Assembly (NCBI RefSeq): GCF_036321535.1
Contig: NC_087437.1
Location: 65,536,001-65,600,000, forward strand
Source of the DNA: Camelus dromedarius
Lineage: Eukaryota
Direction of reading: 5' to 3'
DNA length: 64,000 bases
The notes below the pieces were generated by a model. That model was not told the origin of the DNA and did no database searches. It was given only the letters and a program-made list of their open reading frames with translations. This document shows, one piece after another, positions 14,181-27,900 of the stretch. The position numbers and the translations under genes were made by a program. Position 1 is the stretch's first letter. The number at the start of each line of letters is the position of its first letter.

Positions 14181-17100
14181 GTTCTGGTCAAGATGGTGGA
14201 GTAGGAGGACCATGAGCTTATTTCTCCTCAAGACTACAACAAAACCACAAATGATTACTAAACAACTGTCAAAAAATAAAAGACTGGCATCTAATAAAAA
14301 AGATCCTTTTCAACTGGAAACATAAAGAGGGAACTTCAGCAGGATGGTAGGATGGCTGTGCTCACAATATATTTGGGCCCCAAATCCCCTAGGTGGGCAA
14401 TTCATAAGCTGAAGAATAATTAAGTTGCAGAGGCCCTTCCACAGGAGTGAGAGTTTTGAGCCCCACATCAGGTTTCCCAGACCAGGGTTCCAGCACTAGG
14501 AAAAGTCTCCAGAATATCTGATTCTGAAGGCAAGGAGGGCTTAACTCCAGGAGTCCCACAGGACTGGTGGAAGCAGAAACTTCACTCTCGGGAAGCACAC
14601 ACAGAATTTTGCACTCACCAGGTCCAAGGGCAGAGGTAGTGACTTCATAGGAAACTAGGCCAGACCTGCCTGCTGGTTTTGGAAGGTCTCCTGGGGAGGT
14701 AGGAGGTAGCTGTGGCTCACCCTGGGGACATAAAAGCTGGTGGTGGACATTCAGGGAGTATTCATCTACATGAATATCTTCCTGGAAGCTGATATCTTGC
14801 TTGGATCCTTAAGTACCAAGACCTAGCCCCACCCAACACCTTGTAGACTTAAGTGCTGGGAAGCCTCAGGCCACACAACATACAGGGTGGGAACAAAGCC
14901 CCACCCATCAACAGACTTCCAGAGTCCACAGCCTCCTCTAATCATGCCCCTAGCCATAGCCTTACGCACCAAAGGACCAGGACCAAGCTCCACCCAGCAG
15001 TGGGCAGGTACTCCTCCTGCCAGGAAATCTGCATAAGCCTCTGGTCCAGCCTCAGCCACCAAGGGGCAGATACCGGAAATAAGAAAACACCAACCCCAAT
15101 AAGGTTTGTGGAAGGAATCCACCAGTAGGCCAGACTCCACCCAGGGACTGGCTGGATCTTGGCCTTGGATGCCAAGAGAGGAGTGTACTGCTAGGACACA
15201 TAGGATGTGTCCAGTAGAGGTCCACTTCTCCAAAGGTGAGAAGCATAAGTAACCTATCTAAAAATACAAACAGAAAGTTAGACAATGTGAGGTGGCAGAG
15301 GAATATCTTCCAGGCCAAGGCACAAGTTAAAATCGCAGAAGAAGAAATAAGTGATGAGGAGATAGGCAATCTATCCAAGAAACAGTTTAGAGCAATGATG
15401 GTGAAGATGTTCAGAGAACACAGGAGGAGTATAGATACAAAGAGGGAAATTTTTAGCCAAGAATTAGAAAATATAAAGAATGACCAGAGTTGAAGAATAC
15501 AATTATTGATATGAATAACAGACAAGAAGGAACCAAGAATAGACTAAATGAGGCAGAAGAACGGATCAGTGAGCTAGAAGATAAATTAGTGAAAATCACT
15601 ACAAGGAACAGAAAAAAGAAAAAAGAATGAAAAGAAATGAGGATAGTTTAAGAGAACTCTAGGACAATACGAAGCACACTGATATTTGCAGTATAGGGGT
15701 CCCAGAAAGAGAAGAGAGAGAGAAAGGAACTGAGAAAATATTTTAAGAGAAAACAGACAAAAATTTCCCTAACTTGGGAGAGGAAACAGTCACCCACGTC
15801 CAGAAAGTGCAGAGAGTTCCACACAGGATCAACCCAAAGAGGAACACACCAAGGCACATAGTAATCAAATTGACAAAAATTAAGAATAAGGAGAAATTAT
15901 TAAAATCAGCAAGAGAAAGGAAACAAATAACATACAAGGGAACTCCCATAAGGTTATTAGCTGATTTTCCAGCAGAAACTCTACAGGCCAGAAGGGACTG
16001 GCATGGTATATTTAAAGTGATGAAAGGGAAAATTTACAACGAAGAATACTCTATCCAACAAGACTCTTGTTCAGATTTGATGGAGAAATGAAAACCATCA
16101 CAGATAAACAAAAACTAAAACAATTCAGCACCACCAAACCAGCTTTACAAAAAATGTTAAAGGAATTTCTATAGTCATCAAACCACAAGAAAAGAGAACA
16201 AAAAGAAGAAAGAGGGAAGAAAAAAACCCTACAAAATAAACCCAAAACAATTAACAAAATGGCAATAAGGACATATGAATTGATAATTATCTTTAAGGTA
16301 AATAGATTAAATGCTCCAACCAAAAGACACAGACTGGCTGAATGGATACAAAAACAGAACCATATATATGCTGTCTACAAGAGACCCACTTCAGATTTAG
16401 AGACATGCAGGCTGACAGTGAAGGGATGGAAAAAAAAAATCCATGCAAATGGAAACCGAAAGAAAGCTGGAGTAGCAATACTTCCATCAGACAAAATATA
16501 TTTTAAAATAAAGACTGTTACAAAGGACAAAGGATACTACATAATGCTCATGGGATCAATCCAAGAAGAAGACATAACAATTGTAAATATATATGTACCC
16601 AACATAGGAGCACTTCAGTATATAAGGCAACTGTTAGTAGACATAAAAGGAGAAATTGACAATAACACAATAATAGTGGGGGACCTTAACAGCCCACTTA
16701 CATCAATGGACTGATCATCCAGACAGAAAACCAAAAAGGAAATACAGGCCCTAAATGACACATTAGACCAGATGGACTTAGTTGATTTCTATAGAGCATT
16801 ACATCCAACAGCAACAGAATACACATTCTTCTCAAGTGCACATGGAACATTCTCAAGAATCGACCACATGCTGGCCCACAAAGCAAGCCTCAGTAAATTT
16901 AAGAAAATTGAAATTGTACCAAGAATATTTTCTGACCACAATGATATGAGGTTAGAAATCAACTAAAAGAAAAAAAATGCAAAAACTGCAAACATGTGGA
17001 GGCTAAACAAAATGCTACTAAACAACCAACAGATCACTGAAGAAATAAGAGAAAATCAAAAATACATTGAGAAAAATTTAAAAAAAACACACACACAATG

Positions 17101-20100
17101 ATCTAAAACCTCTGGGATGCAGCAAAAGCAGTTCTAAGAGGAAAGTTTATAGCAATACAAGCCTACCTCAGGAAATAAGAAAAATCTCAAACAACCTAAA
17201 CTTACACCTAAAGCAGCTAGAGAAAGAACAAACAAAACCCAAAGTTAGTGGAAGAAAAGAAATCATAAAGACCAGAGCAAAAATAAATGAAACAGATACT
17301 GAAAAAACAAAAGATCAATGAAACTAAAAGCTGGTTCTTTGAAAAGATAAACAAAATTGATAAGCCTTAGTCAGACTCATCAAGAAAAAAAGAGAAAGGG
17401 CCCAAATTAATAAAATCAGAAGTGAAAAAGTAGAAGTCACAACTGACACCACAGAAATACAAGGGATCATAAGAGGTTACTATGAGCAAATAATGCCAAC
17501 AAAAAGACAACCTAGAAGAAATGGAAAATTACTTAGAAAGGTACAAATTGCCAAGAATGAGTCAGAAAGAAATAGAAAATATGAACAGATCTGAAATTGA
17601 ATCATTAAGTTTAAAACTCCCAACAAACAGAAGTCCAGGACCAGATGGCATCACAGGCGAATTCTACCAAACATTTAGAGAAGAGTTAACATCTATCCTT
17701 CTGAAGCTATTCCAAAAAATTGCGGAGGAAGGAATACTTTCGAACTCATTCTATGAGGTCACCAACACCCTGATACCAAAACCAAAGACATCACAAAAAA
17801 AGAAAATTACAGGCCAGTATCACTTATGAATATAAATGCAAAAATCCTCAACAAAAAACTAGCAAACTGAATCCAACAATGCATTAAAAGGATCATAAGC
17901 CATGATCAAGTGGGACTTATCCCAGGGATGCAAGGATTTTTCAATACCTGCAAATCAATGTGATACACCACATTAACAAACTGAAGAATAAAAACCATAT
18001 GATCATCTCAATAAATGCAGGGAAAAAAAAACTTGTGATAAAATTCAACACCCATTTATGATGAAAACTCTCCAGAAAATGGGCATAGATGGAACATATC
18101 TCAACATAATAAAGGCCATATATGACAAACCCACAGCTAACATCATATTTAATGGTGAAAATCTAAAAGCATTTCCTCTAAGATCAGGAACAAGACAAGT
18201 ATGCCCACTCTCACCACATTTATACAACATAGTTTTAGAAGTCCTAGCCACAGCAATCAGAGAAGAAAAAGAAGTAAAGGGAATCCAAATTGGAAAAGAA
18301 GTAAAACTGTCATTGTTCACTGATGACAGGATATTATACATAGAAAACCCTAAATAAGCAACCAGAAAACTACTAGAGCTCATCAATGAATTTGGTAAAG
18401 TTGCAGGATACAAAATTAATGTATAGAAATCAGCTGCATATCTATACACTAACAATGAAATAGCAGAAAAAGAAATTAAGGAAATAATTTCATTTACCAT
18501 CACATCAAAAAGAATAAAATACCTAGGAATAAATTTACCCAAGGAAGCAAAGGATCTGTACTCCAAAAACTGTAAGACACTGATGAAAGAAATTGAAGAC
18601 GACATAAGCAGATGGAAAGCTATACCATGCTCTTGGATTTGAAGAATCAATGTTGTTAAAATGGCCATACTACCCAAGGCAATATGCAGATTCAGTGCAA
18701 TCCCTATCGAATTACCAATGACATTTTTCACAGAGCTGGAACAAAAAAATGTTAAAATTTGTATGGAAACACAAAAGACCCCAAATAGCCAAAATAGTTT
18801 TGAAAAAGGAGAACAGAGCTGGGGGAATCATGATCCTGACTTCAGACTATACTACAAAGCTACAGTAATCAAAACAGTGTGGTAGTGGCAAAAAACCAGA
18901 CACAGAGATCAATGGAACAGGATAGAAAGTCTAGAAAGAAACCCACACATTTATGGTCAATTAATCTATGACAAAGGAGGCAAGAATACACAATGGAAAA
19001 AAGACAGTCTCTTCCATAAGTGGTGCTGGGGAAACTGGACAGCTACCGGTAAAAGACTGAAATTAGAACATTCTCTAACACCATATACAAAAATAAACTC
19101 AAAATGGATTAAAGACTTAAATGTAATAAGACCAGATACTATAAAACTCCTAGAGGAAAACATAGGCGGAACGTTCTTTGACATAAATCACAGAAACATT
19201 TTTTCACAGAAACAAATGGGATCTAATTAAACTTAAAAGCTCTTGCACAGCTAAGGATACCTTCAACAAAACAAAAAGACAACCTACAGAGTGAGAGAAA
19301 ATATTTGCAAATGATGCGACCAACAAGGGACTAATTTCCAAAATATACAAACAGCTCATACAGATTAATATCAAGAAAACAAGCAACCCAATCCAAAAAT
19401 GGATTAGGAAGACCTAAATAGACATTTCTCCAAAGAAGACATCCAGATGGCCAACAAGCACATGAAAAAATGCTCAACATCACCAACTGTTAGAGAAATG
19501 CAAATCAAAACTACAATGAGGTATCACCTCACACCCATCAGAATGGCCATCAAAAAACTACAATGAGATAGCACTTCACACCAGTCAGAATGGCCAAAAT
19601 TAAAAAGTCCACAAATGATAAATGCTGGACAGGGTGTGGATAAAAAGGAATCCTCCTACACTGTTGGTAGAAATGTAAATTGGTGCAGGCACTATGGAGG
19701 ATGGTATGAGGATTCCTCAAAAAACTAAAAATAGACTTGCTATTCAATCCAGCAATCCCCCTCCTGGGAATATATCTACAGAAAAATATAATTCAAAAAG
19801 ACATATATACCCCAATGTTCATAGCAGCACTATTTACAATAGCCAAGATACGGAAGCAACCCCTATGCCCACAAACAGATAAAGAGATAAAAAAGATGTG
19901 AGACAGATAGATAGGTAGGTAGGTAGGTAGGTAGGTAGATAGATATAGATATAATGGAATATAATGGAATATTATTCAGCCATAAAAAGGAATAAAATTC
20001 TGCCATTTGCAGCAATGTGTATGAACCTAGAGAATATTACACTTAGACAAATTATTCAGATAAAGACAAATACTATATGATGTCATTTATATGTAGAATC

Positions 20101-20410
20101 TAAAAAATAATACAAATGAATATATATAGCAAGACAGAAACAGACTCACAGATACAGAAAATAAACTAGTGATTACCAGAGGGAAGAGAGAAGAGTGAGG
20201 GACAAGTTAGGGGCATGGGATTAAGGAATACAAACTACTATGTACAAAATGGATAAGCAACAAGAATATATTGTATAGCACAGAGAATTATAGCCATTAT
20301 CTTTTAATAACTTTCAGTGGAGTATAATCAATCTGTAAAAATACTGAATCACTATACTGCACACCTGAAACTAATGTAACAATGTACATCAACTATTCTT
20401 TAACTAAAGA
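14181..20410 (+). mobile_element. Full-length decayed LINE-1 (5'UTR, ORF1, ORF2, 3'UTR)
   Basis: Starts gttctggtcaagatggtggagtaggagg; ORF1 remnants 15236-16170 (RINPKRNTPRHIVIK); ORF2 EN/RT remnants from 16259 (VNRLNAPTKRHRLAEWI, GDLNSPL, LFTDD); 3'UTR to about 20410. ORFs are broken. Confidence 0.95.
19904..19950. repeat. (TAGA)/(TAGG) compound microsatellite
   Basis: cagatagataggtaggtaggtaggtaggtaggtagatagat, read directly. Confidence 0.9.
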
Positions 20411-21189
20411 AAAAGTAAATTCTAATGACACCTGATTGGAATCACACTATATTTATGGATCAATTTAAAGAAATTCAGTGTTCTTTTTCTTAACATAGGG
20501 GGGACTTGTCTTTCAGGTTCAATATTTATTAGGCTAATTCAGTTTGTATCATTTAAAAATAAAGAACCAAATCTGTACTAAGTAATTTATTCAGGTATTT
20601 TATATAGTACTCAGCAAAAATTACATGCTTGAAGAGACAATATTTATAATGAAGGTGACACTTTAGATCTTTTCATGTTATCAACTTTGTTTCCTCATCA
20701 TTAAAGGAAAATTATAAATAATCAAAATTAATAAGGATTATTTCTATATTCTGTGAACATTTTCTACATTATTACCTAATTATCAAATGAAGATTAGCTA
20801 ATTTATGATTATTTAATATTTGTTATTTATCATTACCATTACTGAATAGCAGGGGTCAATGACTAAAGATATTGATAATCATATTGTTAAGTTTAAGCAT
20901 AGAATATTTTAAAACTAAAGTTGTTCTATATGTTACATGCTTTCCTCAAAATTCTAGAATTAAAAATTTACTTTAGCTCTAGGTCAAACTAATGACTTAA
21001 TCTGAGACCATTACTAGTGTAAATAATTCACTCATTCATTTATTTGCTCATTCATTCAACATTTTTACTTTTAGATTATACTGAATATTATGAACTGTGC
21101 TAGATGTTAGGTATAAAATAACAGTAAGAAACACCTTTATTCAAGAATAAAGAAAATAAATTCAAGAATAATGGTATTGTAATACTCAC

Positions 21190-21253
21190 TTTCCCTTCAT
21201 CTCTTGGGCTATCACTTAAATGTACAACTGGACCTGGATGAGTCTTTGTGGAT
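21190..21253 (-). CDS. STXBP5L: STXBP5L coding exon, 64 nt
   Basis: ttaacag|A TCC ACA...GGG AAA|gtgagt = STKTHPGPVVHLSDSPRDEGK; phase 2-0. Confidence 0.96.
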
Positions 21254-22169
21254 CTGTTAAATCAATTCAAAACAGTAATTAAAAAACATTAAACAACTTA
21301 CCATTACAAGACTGGAACAAAGAAATTAAGATTATAATGGAATACACTCCCAATATTCTGGAGTTTAGCTTAAATTGATTTAAGGTTTTAGTTGTTTTCC
21401 TTCAAGACTACTTTTGTTTCTCCTACTAACTCTTAATAGTAGGTCTGTTTAAAAAAAAAAAAAAGAATCAGGTTTAATAACATAGATCCACATAACAATG
21501 AGATTCTTCATTATCTTATACACTTATGTTTTTTGCCAGATCTGGTTCTCTGAAAATTTGAGAATAAAATTTTACTCATACAAATAAAAAAACTTATACA
21601 GCCACAAGGCTGATGCTACAAACCTGTTTCAACCAAACTGCAAAGTATATCCCTAATTTAAAATTTGCTTTGACAAGAAATCTCTGTCAAAAGGGAAGTA
21701 CAGTGGCTCCTTTGATTTACAAAGAGACTCTAGCGATAGCCATCTTACAGAAAACTGAGCAACTGGGAAAATCTAGTTCACTGGTTACATCTCAATTATC
21801 TGACTTTAAATTTATTCTATTCTAATATCTGGCATGTTTCTTTTATATTTCCTACCTTAACTAGTATCACTGTTGAATATCATTATGTCATGGTTAAATA
21901 TGATATGACATAGATTTATTATTGATTATTTTTCCACAACCTTTCAATGACTTAATTGTGCCAGATTAACCATAAGTATATTGACATAGTTATAATTTAT
22001 TTCTTAAGCACGCATGAAAACCATCAAAGATCCTGCATAAAGCAATAAGATTTAATTATAGAAACTCTTTGGAATCAGACAAAAGTGACAATTAAGTAAC
22101 TCCAGGTTCCCCAGATACTGACTACGCAGAGTAATTCAGAGAAATAAATATAGATTTATTAGATATTTT

Positions 22170-22310
22170 TCACTGAATTTATCCTAAATTTTCTCACTTA
22201 AAAATGGAGATAGTAGTACAGAACCCATTGAATAAGTGTGAGAATTAGAATATACCTATAACATCTAACATAATGCCAAAACATAGTACTCAATAAATAG
22301 TATGTATTAT
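22170..22310 (+). mobile_element. MIR 3' half
   Basis: ttttctcacttaaaaatggagatagtagtac...tgtgagaatt...catagtactcaataaatagt. Confidence 0.65.
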
Positions 22311-22599
22311 GACTTGTAAATCATCAGAATAATTAGAAATTAAGTTACTATTCGCAATCTAGGACATGTGAAAGAAGAAAAAGTAAACAAGGCTTTTTAA
22401 AATTTTACAGTTTTTTTGCAGTTCTTCCATGTTTATATACAATGTATCATTCACATATAAATGCAGTGCATTATTACATTATAAATGCCTCTGATAAAAA
22501 ACGGTGAATGTCCTTCAATTATCTCTTTGTAACTAATGATGTACAACAAACCATAAATCCTTAACTGTCTCTTGGATTTGACTGGAAGAACAAATATCA

Positions 22600-22850
22600 A
22601 AGTGTACTCCATGATAAACTAGTGAATACATAAGGTGTTTCATATAAAGGGTGTTCAATATCAAAAAAGTTTAGAAAACCCTGAATTAAACAGAGTTAAA
22701 CATTTTTTCTTTTACAGAACTTCTTAGAGTCATAATATGCAAATCATCATTGCAAATCCTCAATATTTTCCAAAATTATTAGTCTATAGAATCCTTTTTC
22801 ATTGGCCATATTAGGGGAATCACTGAAATGTACTTTGAGAAACACTAGTT
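22600..22850. mobile_element. hAT-Charlie-like DNA transposon relic
   Basis: aagtttagaaaaccctgaattaaacagagttaaaca...tactttgagaaacactag resembles Charlie-type ends. Confidence 0.5.
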
Positions 22851-23427
22851 AGACTATATGCAAGACTCTTCCATTTAGCTTATCAGACTCCATAAAACAC
22901 TCAAGCTCAGAAAATAATCTAGAATTAAACTTCAGTTATTTGTAATAACTTTTTCAGACTATAGAAATATTTTCATTGTAAAAATAAAAAAACTCCGAAA
23001 CTTAGAAGATAACAAAAGTTAAGAGGAAAAAAATCTCTCATATTATTTCACTGCGTGGATATGTCCATTAACAGTGTGATGTATTTTTTCTGACTTTTCC
23101 CCTAACATTAAACTTCCAAAAACTACCAAGCATTCCTTGCAAAACTTATGGCCATTAGGAATTGACTTAAAAATAAAAAAGCAACTGGGGACTATGGATT
23201 CTGTAAATCCCATAAAAATTACTTAAAATAGAATTATCAATGAACTTAAATTCATACAATATTCATCTAAACAATGTCCAATAATTCTTCTAATATCCCT
23301 ATATATTTATCTTCTTCCCAGTCACTACAATGGCTTCTTGATAGTTTTCTTTGTGGACTTTCTCTTCCTATATCTTAATACTGGTATTCTTTTGTATTCT
23401 GTTCTAGACTGCAATCTAGATTATTAT

Positions 23428-23774
23428 ATATGGTCATGAATTCAAGAGCCCACAAGAGCTAGGCAGGTATAACAAATAATTCCAATAGGTGAGTAAGAAC
23501 TGTGCCAAACTGGATAGTACATTACACACCTACAAAAGGAAAGTTGTTAGTCAGTTCCAGTTGATTACTGACTGCCATGAATGAATAGTGGACTGGGATT
23601 GTTTCATCAGTAATTTTTTTCATGAACAGCTGGAAATCTAAAATTTTATCTCTACTCTATCAGTTCTTAAATATTTGAAACTAATAATTCAGAACATATT
23701 TAAATACTCTGATGGGCAAACAAAACATATCTATGAGTCAAAATTGGTTTACTGTCTACAAATTTGCTGCCTCT
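23428..23774. mobile_element. MER102-like hAT relic
   Basis: caagagcccacaagagctaggcaggta...gggcaaacaaaacatatctatgagtcaaaatt...aatttgctgcctct. Confidence 0.5.
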
Positions 23775-24752
23775 TTTATATCCACTCTTCATGTGCAATC
23801 TCATATATTCTCATAGCTTCAAGGACCATGTAAATTCTGATTTCATTAGGTTCAGATCTATATTTTCCACTTTCTATCATTCTTCCATACCAATTCCGTT
23901 TGAGTATCTTAAAAACACATACAACTCAACATACCTAATATTGAATTCATTATTTTACTCCCCACCTACTCAATCTCCTGCATTCTTTCACTAAATGGCA
24001 CCTTATCTAAACAGTTGCTCAGCCAAACACATTGGGGTCACTTGTAATACTCTATTATTCTTATACTTCCCATAATACCCAAGTATTGCCTCTTCTATCT
24101 TCCAGGTATTTCTTTAATATGTCAGCTTATCTCCACTCTTAAATCCATCGTAATTTTTTACCAAAAATATAGTCTTTTCTCCTTTCAATCATTTCTCCAT
24201 ACCTGCATTCAGAATAGACTTCCTGAATTAAATTTGGTCAAGTCAATTCTTTGCTTAGCACCCTCAAATCTGGGACCTCCTGGCCTTAGATAAAGTCTGA
24301 ATGCTCAAACTGACCTTGAAGGGCTTTCATGTTAAATACCTTGATTATCTTCTCAGCTTTATCTCTTGCCATCCTTTCCGCTAGCTTTTCCAACCAACTA
24401 AATTACTTAAAATTTCTGTGCATGGAACAAAACTCTCACACTCTATCCTTTAAACCTTCCATTCTCTCTTCCTGGAAAACCCTATCCCCTAATTCACCAC
24501 TCATCTAAATGAAAATCACACTTCAGATCTCATATATGTAACTTCCTTCATACTTCTCTGAGACCTCATGTCTATATTAGGTATCCTTCTTATGGAATTG
24601 CCACATTATATTTCCAATATACTGTAATTGTCTTTTCGCTTAGTCTCATCTTTATCAGACTAGAAGCCCTGAGAGGAGAGAAACCTTGTCTTCCCAGTTT
24701 ATACTTGTTTTCAGGATCTATCATATCAAAGTGCTTAATAAATATATTTGAA
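23775..24752 (+). mobile_element. LINE-2 3' portion
   Basis: Pyrimidine-rich L2 motifs ending agactagaagccctgagaggagagaaaccttgtct...gtgcttaataaatatatttgaa. Confidence 0.7.
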
Positions 24753-27359
24753 AACTGTTAGTTGTATACTTATGACTTAATTCTAAAATTCTAAGTTTTA
24801 ATCATACCTAGAAAAAGTAGGCTACATTTTTTAAAAAGCTAGGGCTGCCTTGCAGAAATAGCTATTTCTGTGCTATAACCTGGAATATATTTTCCCATTA
24901 AAAATTTTTTAATGTCAATTTTGTTTTATACTACTGTTTTACAAGGTATTTGATAAACATCACCATTTCTACAAATATCACAAAGACGGCTTCCAGTTTC
25001 CAAATAACCAATATATACATTATAAGAACACGAACTATTTTGTAATTATGGGAATTGCCTACAATTACAATTAGGAAACTTCAGTAAAAATAGAAACAAG
25101 GTAAAAAAATAACAAACATTGACTGAAAAGTATTTCAAGAACTTAAAATAGAAATAATCTCAAATATCTCCTAAGGTTATTCTGCATCTGTCATACTTAA
25201 AAAATGTACTGTTAAATTTTGTTTAAAATTCTATAAAATAATGACTCTTCTTAATTAAATACATATTTTATTATTGTCCCATATCCTTGACACATATTAA
25301 TAAGTGCCATTCATTTTCTAATGTACTCAAGAGTTAGAAAGCAATTAAAAGACAGACTGTTCTGGGAGACTGGAAGTGGCATTTAAAATTATATCTATCA
25401 CAATGGGACTATACTTCCACGGAACACACTCTTATAAATAAATAAACCAAGAAATAGTCAGGAGGTAAAGTGACCACTAGTAATTTCTTAAGGATATTTC
25501 AAGGTCATTTTCAGAGGCACATACAACTCTATAAAACACTGGATTAATGTAAGTGGTAGAATGCATTCTGAATCACATGTGTAAGATCATATTATGAAAA
25601 ATAAAAGTGCCTTATTTTATTTCTTTAATATCTCCTAATTTTACCGTCTTTCAAAAAAATACGTTTTTAACTCTTCATTAGTCCTGAAATCATGAAGTAT
25701 GCACTATGGAAATACATACAGCATATAAACCATAGTTCATGTAGTATTAATCTGAATTATGAAAAGGACTTGTTAAGTAAATGAATACAGAAACAACACT
25801 GCAAGAGTGGTGAAATTTTTGATCTGTTTAAATAATAAACTCTTCTTAATGACTTTAGCAGCATTCAACTGAACTGAAAACAAATAATGAATCTATTACT
25901 ATTTGTACTAATATTAAATTTGTATAAAACCACTACAATTTCATCTCAAATAAAGTAAATCACAAGGTTCACTTGTATCTTTATCAATATCCTAAAAGAA
26001 TATTATGAAAACAAGTATTAAGTTCAGCTCTATTTAATTATTTTATATAACTAAGATTAAAGAGGAAAAAGCCTTTCCCAAATAGCTGAAAAAGTAACTT
26101 TTTTGGAGACACATAATTGTCTATAGGATGGTTTTTAAAATATACCTACAGAATATTAAAATATATATGAGCAAAATAACTCATATAAATGCAAGCTGTA
26201 AGTCCATAGTAGTGTGTAACTATTTATCGTACTAAGTTTCAATAATGCCGTTAGTCACTTAGTAGCCACTCTGTGGAAAGCACCAAAATAAGCCAAATAT
26301 GAAGAAAAAGAGAGCAATGAACAAAGGATTCTACCCTGGAGTAGTTCTTAATCTAACGAGGAAGATTTATCATTAATTAAAAAAAAAACCTGTTAGGATA
26401 TAATACAAAAGGAATATTGTAAGAATATAACTAGTAACAACCTTCCCTATCAAGTAACATACATGTACACTGAAACATTGGGAATAGTGAACAGTAGATT
26501 TATTGTAAAGACCAGAGTCAAGTTTCATGAAAACAGACTGTTGGAATTTTGGAGACCAACAAGTATGTAACTTAGAATACACATATATGTAAGAGAGAAT
26601 GAGCCAGCCTCAAGTCTAATGTATCTTATTAAGGACTTAACATGTACAGAGCATAAACATTTATTAAAGAAAAACTGTTTTTCCAATTAACACATTGACA
26701 AGAAATATTTGTGTATATACTAAAAGATGGCTTGGAATTCCATGAAATTTCACATTTGAGGGATTTCACATTTTACATGTGCAGAAACATAAATATCAAT
26801 GCCAAAGTGAAAATGGTACTTGCCATCAACCACAAATCCAAAGAGCTGTATACATCACAACATAAAAGATATTAATAGATTGCTTCTTCTTGAAACCCAA
26901 AATGATAAGTTAATGAGGCAACAGAAGAATAGGCTACCAGCATTTAAAAATATGTGAACAAATCATGATTATTTCTACATAAAACTAACTGTGGTCAAAA
27001 ACCACTTGCCATTCCCACTGAAAGTGGCTATACTAAGGTTGACTATAATAAAATAAGATGATTTCCATGTATAACTTTTAGAATAAGCCTTACTATTTTA
27101 TCATTAAATTTGCATACATAATGACCCTTAATTATTTACATTATTTGGAAAGTCTAAAATTAGCATATGTTTATAATACAACATCTATTTTTTAAAGTCT
27201 TTATGGTTTTAAATTATTTTAGCTGTAGATGTTTCAAATTAATCATAAATTAATCATAAATTAGCTGTAGATGTTTCAAATAACTGCAATTTGATATATA
27301 TGTCACATAACCATAGAAATATTTAACCCAAATTAAATGGTATTCAAGTTCAAACTTAC

Positions 27360-27494
27360 AGTTCAATTGCTTTGTTCCACATGATAACATATCCAGAAAG
27401 AATGAAAGATTCAATATTTACAATGTGTGTATTTCCTCTTTCTGTTCCAACATAGAGCCATTTACTCTGGAAAGGTAGATGACAGTAAGTAATT
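27360..27494 (-). CDS. STXBP5L: STXBP5L coding exon, 135 nt
   Basis: ctttcag|A ATT ACT...GAA CT|gtaag = ITYCHLPFQSKWLYVGTERGNTHIVNIESFILSGYVIMWNKAIE(L); phase 2-2, in frame with both neighbours. Confidence 0.97.
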
Positions 27495-27669
27495 CTGAAA
27501 GAAAGAAAATTACAATTAAAGTATCTAAATTTTATGTCTGGTCAACATTATATTTTCCTTACACTTATACAGTGATAGCAATATAAACAATAAAATTTAC
27601 TATATACTCAAGTAGCACTTAGTAGAGGTTATAGGATAAATAACAACAGTATATCATTAAAAACCATAA

Positions 27670-27900
27670 TGATAATAATAGACACTATTAAATAGGTGTC
27701 TAACATGGGCATTGATATATATTATTTCTAATTCTGAAAACAGCACTTCAAGACTGATATATAGTTCTGTTTTACAAAGAGGAAACTGAGGCCAAGAATT
27801 GTTACTTTTACTTGACTAGGACTGACAGCTAATAGGTGGCAAAACTGGGATTCAAATCCATTCCTGTTTGGTTGTAAAATTACCATCTTTCTACCAAGCT
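27670..27900 (-). mobile_element. MIR SINE
   Basis: ttttacaaagaggaaactgaggcc...ggtggcaaaactgggattcaaatcca. Confidence 0.75.

Noticed and set aside
18045..18731. Longest ORF in the track (228 aa, minus strand) and similar hydrophobic minus-strand ORFs
   Set aside because: These are antisense frames of L1 ORF1/ORF2; T-rich codons give spurious membrane-like peptides.
14181..20410. Retrotransposition-competent L1
   Set aside because: ORF1 and ORF2 are both split by many stops and frameshifts.
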